64,000 nucleotides of DNA from a virus. The position numbers and the translations under genes were made by a program. Of the stretch, positions 47,012 to 56,261 are shown in pieces (within the stretch, counting starts at the first letter, position 1; every line of letters begins with the position of its first letter). Where the stretch lies: IMG/VR virus record IMGVR_UViG_3300025645_000067, positions 2,949-66,948 of that record; one strand, 5' to 3'. The notes under the pieces are model-generated. The model saw only the letters and a program-made list of their open reading frames with translations. It did not search any database and was not told the DNA's origin.

Positions 47012-49450
47012 ATGAATATCTTCCAACAGTTTTATAATAGAATGTTTGGTAGTACCTCAACTATAGTTAAGGACACTACCACTACCATAGCGAACAGGTC
47101 AGGCAATGATGGTAGAAAAGCTTTAGAAACTAGTATGCCAGTAGCAGGTGGGAGGCAGACCCAGCCCAAGTATGGTAACCTAATGAATGTGGTACTAGAT
47201 GAGTTAAGCTTTGTTAATGCCGATTTCCCTTTTGAACTATTACCTGTATTGGAGCATCTAGCGGCATTTAACTCAGATTTCTCCTATGGAGTAGATAACT
47301 TAATACAGCTAGGTAACACTTCCTATTTAATTGAATTTGATAAGGATGTAAGCGAGGAGGCAGCAGCCAAGATGCAGGACGAAATAAGCAGTTGTGAGGC
47401 ACTTTGGTATAAAGGGGGAATAAACAGTTTAAGAAATGATTTATTTGCACAGGTAGCGGTAAAAGGGGCTCTATGTGCAGAAATTGTACCTACTCTTTCT
47501 TTGGATGGTGTAGAGAAGGTAGTACTAGTAGATAATAAAACTATTAGATTCAAGTATGATAGTATTGGAGAAGATTACCATCCATATCAAGATATAGCTT
47601 TAGCAGCCTCTTCCAATAAGTCTGCCAATACAACACAAGTAAAATTGAATACAACTACTTTTAAGTATTACGCTCACAGGAGATTTAATGAGAAGCCTTA
47701 TGGTATGCCTCCTTTCCTATCATCATTAGAATCCATCCAAATTGAGCAGGAGATGATTTGCGGATTAAAGAACGTAGTAAGTAAGTTGGGAGTATTCGGA
47801 TTTCTTCATGTATTGGTGAAAGCTCCAAAAGCTACACAAGGAGAAAAGCCTAGCGAATACCAAGCTAGATTAAAAACTTATCTAACAGACCATATTAACC
47901 CAGAGTTAGAAAAAGGATTAAATAAGGGTTTTGTATCTGGTTTCAAGGATACCCACGAATTTAAATTGGAGAACACCATAGCGAATATGGCAGGTATTAA
48001 GGATTTAGTAGAGCTAATTACCATCAATAAGCATAGCGGTATGAAGCAAGACTCTATTATGTTCTCTAGGAACTTCACCACTACTGAGACACTAGGAAGG
48101 GTAGTGCTTGCTAAAATGACCAACCAAGTAAGAAATTATCAAAAACTTATTGATACATTTATTAAAGATTTGGTTTTTCTCCACCTGTTTTTAAAAGGGT
48201 ATCCTATTAAACATGTTAAGGTAACCTCAGAAGCACCGATGGTACAGGATAGAAAGAATGTAGCAGATGCTAGGAACATGGAGATAATGAATGCTAAAGA
48301 GCTTTACTATGAGGGTATCATTAGTCAAGCACAGCGAGCAGAACTTCTAGGATTTGATGAGCCTTTTGCCAAAGAGCCTATAGAACGCCCTGAGAATAAA
48401 GTACCTGAGGTGAAGAAGGAAGAGGATAAAGGAAACAAAAAGTCAGACCTCCCAAAGTCTACAGCCGTCAATAGCTTAAGTTGGATGGATGCAGCAGTAG
48501 GATTAGGTAGCAATTATGATACTTTTCGATACCATTCTAATTGTGGGCATGTCCATACTAAAGAATCTTGGGGCATTACAGAAGATATTAATCAATTCTT
48601 TTCTCAATACTTCGGAAAAATAAACGAAGGTTATAAGAAAGCTGTAGATAAGGCTATGAATCGTATAGGTACTGCTCTACTAGCCTTGGATGCTAGGGCA
48701 AGTGTAGAATTAGTAATAGAAACCGTTCTCTACTCCCTTTATGTTAATTGGCAGACTGATTTTACCAGTAAGCAAGGGGAAACGATTGGTAAGTTTATCA
48801 ACTTGATTTATAACAGGTTCAGAAAAGATACTAGAATTTTTAAGGCATTCGACCCTAACAACATTCCAGATGCAGTATTCGACCAATTAGATTTAAGAAC
48901 TTTGCAATATTTCAAGAAATCAGATAACCTGTACCTAGGTAAATTCATTACAGATGATGATACAAGGAAAAAGGTAATTACTTTCATTAAAGATAAGTTC
49001 GTAGTAGAGGGGCTACCTATAGGCGATAATAAGCAAGTTATTAACGAATTTAAATCTACATTCTCTAAACTAATGTTAAATGAGGATTGGAAGATTAGAA
49101 GGATAATAGAAACTACCATCAACCAGATGCGTAACTATGGAGCTGTTAATTACATGCAACAAGCGGAGGTATCAGAGTTTGAAAGGTTAGAGATAATCGA
49201 CCAAAAGACTTGTGGATGGTGCAAAGAACTAAACGGTAAAAGATTCAAAGTAGATAAGGCGGTAGGCAGCATTGACCAATTAATGAGAAGTGAGCCACAA
49301 CTGGTAGGAAGCATTTCACCATTTATGACATCGTTGTACAAGAAGCCAGAAGATTTAAAAGGGGTGACTGTAGAGGAGTTACAAGATAAGGGATTAGGGT
49401 TCGGCTCTACCCATCCACATTGTAGAGGTCAAAATATCGCAGTCTTGTAA
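47012..49450 (+). CDS. portal protein fused to MuF/SPP1 gp7-like head morphogenesis domain
   Basis: Portal-like N-terminal ~450 aa (KPYGMPPFLS; GIISQAQRAELLG), charged linker, C-terminal RRIIETT...DQKTCGWCKELNG...HPHCRG. Confidence 0.8.
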   Translation: MNIFQQFYNRMFGSTSTIVKDTTTTIANRSGNDGRKALETSMPVAGGRQTQPKYGNLMNVVLDELSFVNADFPFELLPVLEHLAAFNSDFSYGVDNLIQLGNTSYLIEFDKDVSEEAAAKMQDEISSCEALWYKGGINSLRNDLFAQVAVKGALCAEIVPTLSLDGVEKVVLVDNKTIRFKYDSIGEDYHPYQDIALAASSNKSANTTQVKLNTTTFKYYAHRRFNEKPYGMPPFLSSLESIQIEQEMICGLKNVVSKLGVFGFLHVLVKAPKATQGEKPSEYQARLKTYLTDHINPELEKGLNKGFVSGFKDTHEFKLENTIANMAGIKDLVELITINKHSGMKQDSIMFSRNFTTTETLGRVVLAKMTNQVRNYQKLIDTFIKDLVFLHLFLKGYPIKHVKVTSEAPMVQDRKNVADARNMEIMNAKELYYEGIISQAQRAELLGFDEPFAKEPIERPENKVPEVKKEEDKGNKKSDLPKSTAVNSLSWMDAAVGLGSNYDTFRYHSNCGHVHTKESWGITEDINQFFSQYFGKINEGYKKAVDKAMNRIGTALLALDARASVELVIETVLYSLYVNWQTDFTSKQGETIGKFINLIYNRFRKDTRIFKAFDPNNIPDAVFDQLDLRTLQYFKKSDNLYLGKFITDDDTRKKVITFIKDKFVVEGLPIGDNKQVINEFKSTFSKLMLNEDWKIRRIIETTINQMRNYGAVNYMQQAEVSEFERLEIIDQKTCGWCKELNGKRFKVDKAVGSIDQLMRSEPQLVGSISPFMTSLYKKPEDLKGVTVEELQDKGLGFGSTHPHCRGQNIAVL

Positions 49451-49517
49451 GCCTAACAAAGTACGCTGCGTACCACACCTAGGGAGAGAAGAGACTAAAT
49501 TACTGATAATCAAAGAT

Positions 49518-49556
49518 TTACGGAATTAGTACTTAACAGACTGATTCCGTAATTTT
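49518..49556 (+). terminator. intrinsic terminator
   Basis: ttacggaattagt...actgattccgtaa followed by tttt. Confidence 0.7.
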
Positions 49557-49659
49557 GGTTTATAGTAAAAATAAATTGCTAAAAACTTTTTATAACTATA
49601 AAATATTCGTAGCTTTACATCATCAAACGAAATAAAATTTTAAAAACATCAAAAAATAA
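49553..49659 (+). repeat. 107-bp direct repeat containing promoter cassette copy 6 and leader
   Basis: Matches 45612-45718. Confidence 0.9.
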
Positions 49660-49665
49660 TAAACA

Positions 49666-49974
49666 ATGTCAATACTAGAAAAAGTACTTTTAGGCTACGG
49701 TAAAAACACCGATATTAGCAGAATTAAAGTAGACCTGTTCCATCGAAATGATGATTCACCTACTTACATTTTTGAGTTATGGGCAGATAATGGACATAAG
49801 TACAGAACCCACCCAGATAAAGAAAAGACCCTAGTACAGGTGGATGTAGAGACTTTGGAGATGATAAAATTTTACCCTTATGATGTAACCCCTATTTTTA
49901 ATACTCTTGTCGATTTAGACAATGGTCTAGAAAATTTGAAGGTTTCTAGAGAAGTAACAGTTAAATTTTTATAG
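49666..49974 (+). CDS. hypothetical protein (moron-like cassette)
   Basis: 102 aa with own promoter and terminator, between portal and protease. Confidence 0.7.
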   Translation: MSILEKVLLGYGKNTDISRIKVDLFHRNDDSPTYIFELWADNGHKYRTHPDKEKTLVQVDVETLEMIKFYPYDVTPIFNTLVDLDNGLENLKVSREVTVKFL

Positions 49975-50035
49975 TTCTTAGATATATGTAAGAAATCGAA
50001 ATAAAGAATCTTTTCATGTGGATGTTTAGCAAATT

Positions 50036-50066
50036 ACCTTAGTTGTTTCGACAATTGGGGTTTTTT
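50036..50066 (+). terminator. intrinsic terminator
   Basis: accttagttgt-TTCG-acaattggggt followed by T5. Confidence 0.75.
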
Positions 50067-50067
50067 A

Positions 50068-50097
50068 TTGCCTAGTGGTTAAGTTTTTGTATATTTG
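50068..50097 (+). promoter_or_regulatory. consensus Bacteroidota promoter for the head operon
   Basis: TTG-N19-TATATTTG. Confidence 0.6.
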
Positions 50098-50114
50098 TAT
50101 AAAACTTACCAAAT

Positions 50115-51737
50115 ATGTTATTGAATACTATAAAACTATCCAAAGGTAATTATCGCTCTAAGATGTCCTACGACCTGTTTAGTGGCTCAGAGCAGAACAA
50201 ATTGGATTTAGGTATGACAGGAGTTAATTACCAAGTAGATAGGAATTTTCTCTCAACGACTCAGGATAAAGTTAGAAAATTAGCAGAAGATTCCTTACAG
50301 TTTTTTGGTACTAGAGGAGCAGCAGGATTAGATTCTACTATTGAATCCATTTTACCCAAGCCAGAAGATTTCGTAGGTGTACCTTTTAGACAACTCTCCT
50401 CCACTATCGTAGCTCCTAATACTTGGAGGGCTACAGATTTCTCCAAGGGTAACATCCTAAGAAATTCTACTCAGAGGTTAAATAATAAGCCTGTTTATAT
50501 TAACCACGATACCTATACAGTAAATAGTTGGGTAGGTTTAGTAACTGAGCCTAAATGGTCTAAAGCATCGGAGCAGAACGGGGTAAAAGTACCAAGCGGT
50601 ATTGATGCTATGATTTTGATTGATGCTAAAAGTAACCCTAAGATTTTGAGAGGTGTAATGTCAGGAGGTATTTTTTCTATGTCAGTTACAGTAGTTTTTG
50701 ATTGGAAACCATCCCATCAATTTGATAATGAAAGAGACTTCATAAATTCGATTGGGAATAAGGCAGAGGACGGCTCAATGTTTAGGAGAATTGTTACCAC
50801 CATCCATGATTATTATGAGTCTAGTTTAGTATGGTTAGGAGCAGACCCCTTCGCTAAATTAATTGGAGAAGATGGTAACTTAGTACACGTTGACCATGCC
50901 CAAGCGGCACAAAGTTCTTTTGAAAAAGAGACAGAAAAGGTAAAAAGGGGGTATGATGTGGGGAAAAACTACTATGTTGGTTGCGCTATTGACAGAAATA
51001 TTTTAAGTTTGGCAAAAAGTAATTATATTTGTGATGACTTCACAGATAAGCATAATGTAAATCAAATCATTCCTAATATGAATCAAGAAACTTTTTTAGC
51101 CTTATTAACCTTGTTAGGTTTACCTACTGATACAAAGCAGGAAGCTTTAACGACTGAGCAATTAACTTCTTTGAAGTTAGTAGATAAGGCAGTAGAAACG
51201 GAAATTACTGAGAAGGTAGAAATGTTTGGTAAAGTTGCTGATAGCTTTAAAGCTTTGGATGAAACCTTAGAATTATCAGAAGATAATTTAAATAAGGTAA
51301 TTCTCCTAAAGGTGGAAGAGCATGCCACTTTAGTAGCCAATGCTGCAAAAGTACCTACTCTAGTGACTGAAAAGAATATTTTAGTAGCAGAAAAAGAAGC
51401 TTTAGCAAAGGAGGCGCAAGTAGGTAAAGCCTTTATTGCAGCCAAACGAGTAGAGGCTATTCGATTATATAAGGCTAAGAACATGGAGAATGTGGATGAG
51501 GCGGTCATCGGTTTATTTAATAAGGCTAACTCTGAGGAGTTGGATGGACTTATTAAGAATTATACTGAGGGGGTTACTTTAGCTTTTAGTGGTAAATGTA
51601 AGGATTGCGGTTCAACTGAATTTACTTTCCAAAATTCTGTTAATAGTCTTGCGGCTAATGCAGAGGAGGATAATGATGAGGGGTTTGATTTTGAAACTTA
51701 CAGAGATGCGAAATTAGCCAAGGCTACAGGTTTCTAA
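50115..51737 (+). CDS. prohead protease + scaffold
   Basis: PVYINHD...VG...FSMSV...YESSLVWLGADP protease part; acidic helical C-terminal half; position before the capsid genes. Confidence 0.8.
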   Translation: MLLNTIKLSKGNYRSKMSYDLFSGSEQNKLDLGMTGVNYQVDRNFLSTTQDKVRKLAEDSLQFFGTRGAAGLDSTIESILPKPEDFVGVPFRQLSSTIVAPNTWRATDFSKGNILRNSTQRLNNKPVYINHDTYTVNSWVGLVTEPKWSKASEQNGVKVPSGIDAMILIDAKSNPKILRGVMSGGIFSMSVTVVFDWKPSHQFDNERDFINSIGNKAEDGSMFRRIVTTIHDYYESSLVWLGADPFAKLIGEDGNLVHVDHAQAAQSSFEKETEKVKRGYDVGKNYYVGCAIDRNILSLAKSNYICDDFTDKHNVNQIIPNMNQETFLALLTLLGLPTDTKQEALTTEQLTSLKLVDKAVETEITEKVEMFGKVADSFKALDETLELSEDNLNKVILLKVEEHATLVANAAKVPTLVTEKNILVAEKEALAKEAQVGKAFIAAKRVEAIRLYKAKNMENVDEAVIGLFNKANSEELDGLIKNYTEGVTLAFSGKCKDCGSTEFTFQNSVNSLAANAEEDNDEGFDFETYRDAKLAKATGF

Positions 51738-51813
51738 TTGGTATAAGTTTGACCATTAATAACTAATATTTTTTATTGCTCCTTTAAAATTAGAGCGCAA
51801 AAATTTAAAATTT

Positions 51814-52254
51814 ATGTATACATTAGATAATACAGCAGATACTAAGTTAACTCACCAAATGGAGCGTATTATCGCTTTGCATTTTGATACTGATGTAACT
51901 GATTATGTTGAGGGTGCAGTAGTAGCCCTAGACCCATCCACTAGTAAATTAGTAGATATTGCTACAGGAGTTTACCCAATAGGGTTTATTACTTCTAATG
52001 CTAATGCTAGGTACAAGGAAGGAGGAGCTACAGTACATACCAATTTTGCAGCAGTTGTAAAAGGTAAAGCTGATGGAGCTATAGCTGTAGCAGATTTATT
52101 AGAAGCTACTAGTTGGGATGAAGTGAATGGTTATACTGCCTATAAGGTAGCAGCAGCAGGTAAATACGCTTGTGCCTTTGCTTTAACGGCTGTATCTGAT
52201 ACAGAAGTAGTAAAAGTAGGTATTTTGAGAAGTCCTGTATCTGTTCCTGTTTAA
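51814..52254 (+). CDS. capsid decoration / cement protein
   Basis: 146 aa Ala/Val/Gly-rich protein between scaffold and major capsid gene. Confidence 0.7.
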   Translation: MYTLDNTADTKLTHQMERIIALHFDTDVTDYVEGAVVALDPSTSKLVDIATGVYPIGFITSNANARYKEGGATVHTNFAAVVKGKADGAIAVADLLEATSWDEVNGYTAYKVAAAGKYACAFALTAVSDTEVVKVGILRSPVSVPV

Positions 52255-52318
52255 TTAAGGAGGAAGGGAGATAGAGCATTATTTGATAATCAATAAAAAA
52301 TAACTAAAACCATATAAA

Positions 52319-53569
52319 ATGGCAGAATTATTGAAAGAGTCCTTTGTTAAAAAGGCTATCATAGAGAACAAGGGTAAGGCATTATCCAGTAACCAGACTG
52401 TAGATGTTTCTTTGAACAAGGGAGCACCTCAATCAGTAAATGCTAAGTCGGTACAGAAAAGTATGGTAAATGACTTGAAAGGGGCTATGTCTCAATTAAG
52501 GTCTTTACGAGCAGGTTCAGCCGATGCTCCACCTGTTGATATTTCTTTAGCGGAATATGCACAAGAACGATGGGGATTTGCTCCTATGGGAGAAAGTCAG
52601 ACACCAGACTCTTTTTATAATGCGTTAGGTCTTAAATCAACTTATACCATTGACAAATTGATGACGTTGGGAGAAATTGATGAGGGATACCGTTGGTTGA
52701 TTCCAGAACTTTTCCGAGAAGCGGTAAGATTAGGTATGCGAAAAGACCCTATCTATCCATCTTTTACTAGGGAGTCTATCCCAGTATCACAAGTAAAGGT
52801 AACCATGCCAGATATTAAAATGTCTGAAATGGGTTTGAGAACTGTAGGGGAAGGAGAAACCATTTCAACTGGTAGCATGTCTTTTGGTACTAAGGATGTG
52901 AAGATTAATAAGTTGGGTAGAGGTTTCAAGATTACAGATGAGGCAGTAAGATATACCCAATTGAATATGGTATCTATCGCTTTTGAGGATGCAGGAGTAA
53001 AGTTGAGAATGGGGTTAGATGCTTTAGGTATTGATACCTTAATCAATGGTGACCAAACGGACGGTAGCGATTCTTGTGCAATAATTGGTACAGCCAATGG
53101 TACAAGTTTTGCTTATCGAGATTTGTTAAAAGCATGGATTAGATTACAGCGTTTGGGAATGCGTCCAGATGTTATGTTATCGAATGAAGATCCAGCCATT
53201 GATATTTTAGAATTAGCAGAATTTAAGGGTTTTGCAGGAGAGACTAGAACCGCTAATTTGAGTTTAAAAACTCCTGTACCTCAATCACAGGATTTCTACA
53301 TTCATGGAGCTATGCCTAATGCTAATTACCTATTGATGGTAAATAAGGCGAATGCTTTAATCAAATTGGATGCAGTAGCTTTGACTGTAGAGAGTGATAG
53401 AATTGTTAATCGCCAATTAGAAGAGTTTTATGTAACTTTGACAACTGGTTTTGCGACCATGAAAAGAGATGCTAGGCTAATTATGAATAGAGGCGTTGCA
53501 TTTTCTGGTAATGGATTCCCTACATGGATGGATGTATCTGCTCACGAAAATATTAATTTTAACCGATAA
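52319..53569 (+). CDS. major capsid protein (HK97 fold)
   Basis: WLIPE...VGEGETI...KLGRGFKITDE...LINGD; 416 aa. Confidence 0.9.
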   Translation: MAELLKESFVKKAIIENKGKALSSNQTVDVSLNKGAPQSVNAKSVQKSMVNDLKGAMSQLRSLRAGSADAPPVDISLAEYAQERWGFAPMGESQTPDSFYNALGLKSTYTIDKLMTLGEIDEGYRWLIPELFREAVRLGMRKDPIYPSFTRESIPVSQVKVTMPDIKMSEMGLRTVGEGETISTGSMSFGTKDVKINKLGRGFKITDEAVRYTQLNMVSIAFEDAGVKLRMGLDALGIDTLINGDQTDGSDSCAIIGTANGTSFAYRDLLKAWIRLQRLGMRPDVMLSNEDPAIDILELAEFKGFAGETRTANLSLKTPVPQSQDFYIHGAMPNANYLLMVNKANALIKLDAVALTVESDRIVNRQLEEFYVTLTTGFATMKRDARLIMNRGVAFSGNGFPTWMDVSAHENINFNR

Positions 53570-53636
53570 TTTTCACCTTACTCAGGTAAATAGTAATTAG
53601 TGATTTTATTGTTTAACTAAAAATAATTTTTTTGTT

Positions 53637-53948
53637 ATGAAAATATTTGTGACTTTAACGCACCCGCAAGGCTCATTCTACGACCCTAGTTGTAAGGAGA
53701 ATGAAAATGTGATTGTGACTAATCAGATACCTGCATACCTTTCTAAAAGTAGGGCGGTATCGGTAGCCTTGAACAACAATCGTTTAAAGGAGATAAAGGA
53801 AGCCGATGCTAAGAAGTATTGGAAAGAGAATAACATTAAGCCAGAAAGCTTTAGTTGTATTGATATTCCTAATCCAATGCTTGTAGTTAAAAAGAAAGTA
53901 GATACTACCGCACCTGCAAAAAAGCGCAGCAGTAGACGAGGTTTATAA
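53637..53948 (+). CDS. hypothetical head-region protein
   Basis: 103 aa after the capsid gene; basic tail. Confidence 0.65.
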   Translation: MKIFVTLTHPQGSFYDPSCKENENVIVTNQIPAYLSKSRAVSVALNNNRLKEIKEADAKKYWKENNIKPESFSCIDIPNPMLVVKKKVDTTAPAKKRSSRRGL

Positions 53949-53982
53949 AGATATACCTAAAAAGTAAATCAATTCAAAGTAT

Positions 53983-54022
53983 AAAAAGCCTTTGCCCACA
54001 ATTTGAGGGTGGGGGCTTTTTT
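53983..54022 (+). terminator. intrinsic terminator
   Basis: aaaaagcctttgccc...gggtgggggcttttt. Confidence 0.75.
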
Positions 54023-54033
54023 AATTATAGAAT

Positions 54034-54597
54034 ATGCTAGTAGACCACACATTAAATGATATGAGCGTTTTTCAAATGCTCTTAGACCGTTTACCCTTCT
54101 TAGTAAATGATTATGTAGCAGTACCTACTGAGGAGATTCCCCAAGGTGTTAATGCTTTAATTAGTAGTAGATTCACCTTTGAGGTAATGACTGATTTACA
54201 ATGCTGCTTAAATATCGACCCAGAAGAGGGAGTAGGAATAGAGACTAATTATAGTCAAGCGGAATTATCTTTGATAGCTGATATAGTAACACTCCACTTT
54301 TTACTAAGGCTATCCTTAATTAATACGGATGGTACAGCCGAAGAGGTAGCGTCAAGTACTTTCCTTAAAAAGGCTAAAGCAGGAAGTACCGAAGTAGAAT
54401 ATGCTCAGATAGATGTTAAGAATGAAGCAGCAGGTAAATTGACCTTAGATGGATTGTTTGATAAATTTACTTCATCGGCTGTAAGACGGGGAAGAAAGCT
54501 AGGTTGTTTATTCCAAATTTTACCAGATGCTAGTATTGAATGGTATATGGGAGATGTGTTACCTTTTTCTACGGATTTTAGTAGTTATTGTTGTTAA
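54034..54597 (+). CDS. head-tail adaptor (putative)
   Basis: LKKAKAGSTEVEY hairpin typical of adaptors; synteny. Confidence 0.6.
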   Translation: MLVDHTLNDMSVFQMLLDRLPFLVNDYVAVPTEEIPQGVNALISSRFTFEVMTDLQCCLNIDPEEGVGIETNYSQAELSLIADIVTLHFLLRLSLINTDGTAEEVASSTFLKKAKAGSTEVEYAQIDVKNEAAGKLTLDGLFDKFTSSAVRRGRKLGCLFQILPDASIEWYMGDVLPFSTDFSSYCC

Positions 54598-54612
54598 AAT
54601 AAAATTAATCCA

Positions 54613-55059
54613 ATGGCAGATTTATTAAGTGATGTTCAGCATTTAGAAATTAGAGCAGCTTTACAGGATGTATTAGATACTTTCCATGATACACCTGTAT
54701 TTCTCCATATCCCTAGTGAGGATTATGTGCAAGAGTTCATGGAGGATTTAGCTCCTGCTACTACAGTCTATGAAGTGAACGCTTTAGTAGAATACCCTAA
54801 TTTGACGCAAAGTACTGTAACCAATACTGAGGATGGAAGTATTTTACATTTTGAAGTCAAGGCTCAAATTGGTATAGATGACATGGATGAGGTAGGTTTA
54901 ATCAATGGAGATGGTTTACCTATATTCGTACCTAAAAATGGTCACATGGTAATTAATGAGGAGAAGTATGAGATTGTTTATTTCAATATAGATGGTGCTT
55001 TTGAGCAGAAAAATATTTTATGTTACATTTATGGTAAGAAATTTGCAAAAACATTATAA
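54613..55059 (+). CDS. head closure / stopper (putative)
   Basis: 148 aa, beta-rich, INEEKYEI; synteny. Confidence 0.55.
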   Translation: MADLLSDVQHLEIRAALQDVLDTFHDTPVFLHIPSEDYVQEFMEDLAPATTVYEVNALVEYPNLTQSTVTNTEDGSILHFEVKAQIGIDDMDEVGLINGDGLPIFVPKNGHMVINEEKYEIVYFNIDGAFEQKNILCYIYGKKFAKTL

Positions 55060-55539
55060 ATGGCACTTAGAAAAGCAGGTAATTGGGGGAGAGTAACTAA
55101 TCTTATCCATCGTTTAGGCAAGGAGGCAGAAAGAGCACAAGCATTATCCTTAAAAAGGTTTGGGCTAAAAGCAGAAGGACAAGCTAAAGGGCACATAAGT
55201 AAACAGGATTTACAATGGCGACCTCTTAAGCCTAGTACGATAGCTCAGAAAATAAGAAAAGGGTATTCTACTAATATCCTAGTAGCCACTTCTAGTTATT
55301 TTCAAGCGATTACAAGCTACGTAAGTGATGATACTGTATATATCGGTGTAAGGAGGTCTGCTAGGAGCAGCGATGGAGTAATACTAGCTAATATTGCAGC
55401 AATACATGAATTTGGTAGTACGTCTGGTAGTATACCTGCTAGACCTCTTTGGAAACCTACCTTTCTAGAGACTTTAGCTTGGCATAGTAAGAATAACCGA
55501 CCTGAGATAATTTTAATCAAGAATCTAAGTAAATACTAA
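55060..55539 (+). CDS. neck / tail completion protein (HK97 gp10 / P2 gpS-like)
   Basis: WRPLKPSTI..K...IAAIHEFG....IPARPLWKP. Confidence 0.8.
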   Translation: MALRKAGNWGRVTNLIHRLGKEAERAQALSLKRFGLKAEGQAKGHISKQDLQWRPLKPSTIAQKIRKGYSTNILVATSSYFQAITSYVSDDTVYIGVRRSARSSDGVILANIAAIHEFGSTSGSIPARPLWKPTFLETLAWHSKNNRPEIILIKNLSKY

Positions 55540-56261
55540 TGACCATAACTCAATTAGATAGAACGATAGAAAAGCTGATTAAAGACACTATAATTAGTAA
55601 AGGGTACTTATCTGCCTATACAGGTGATAAAGTTGCGTACAAGGCGGCAAATGATGCCATAAGAGCTGGTGGAGATAGTCTTATCGAAGTCTTTGGAGTA
55701 GGTAGTAATTCAGATAGAAAAGATTTACAACCAAATAGGATTACTGTAAATAGGGAAAGCTTACTACCTAGCTTGTCAGGAGGCTTTGACATTGGTACAT
55801 CTCCACTAGGAGGGTTACATACAACTTCTTATGAAGAGTATGTGGATGGTGGAGCAATGACTAAATTTAGGAAGTTAAAAAATGTGTCTAGAACAGTTAA
55901 TATAATTTACCATATTCGCACCTTGACCAATACAACCAAGTATGAAAGAATATGCTTAGAGGCATTACTAGAGACTTTTGACATTCATAGTTATGTGCCT
56001 GTTTTGAATAGCGATTATACAGCGTTAGATAATGATACTTTAGTACTGGTAGAAGTAGATAATTACAGCGATTTAACTACTCGAATGGATTTGAAGGAGA
56101 TGTTATTAATTATACATGCTAAGGATGTTTGTTTACAGTACGGAAATAATGTACTTTTGGATGACATAGCCCCTTTAACTGAGGTACATAATATCGTACA
56201 TGACCAATTACCAGACGATGAAACTTTAGTAGACACCATAACCTATAGAACAGATGATTAA
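55539..56261 (+). CDS. tail terminator-like protein (putative)
   Basis: 240 aa; synteny after the neck gene. Confidence 0.5.
   Translation: MTITQLDRTIEKLIKDTIISKGYLSAYTGDKVAYKAANDAIRAGGDSLIEVFGVGSNSDRKDLQPNRITVNRESLLPSLSGGFDIGTSPLGGLHTTSYEEYVDGGAMTKFRKLKNVSRTVNIIYHIRTLTNTTKYERICLEALLETFDIHSYVPVLNSDYTALDNDTLVLVEVDNYSDLTTRMDLKEMLLIIHAKDVCLQYGNNVLLDDIAPLTEVHNIVHDQLPDDETLVDTITYRTDD

Noticed and set aside
9608-49659. Repeated motif as a CRISPR array or att/terminal repeats
   Set aside because: Copies are dispersed kilobases apart, always upstream of start codons, with no spacers, cas genes or integrase.
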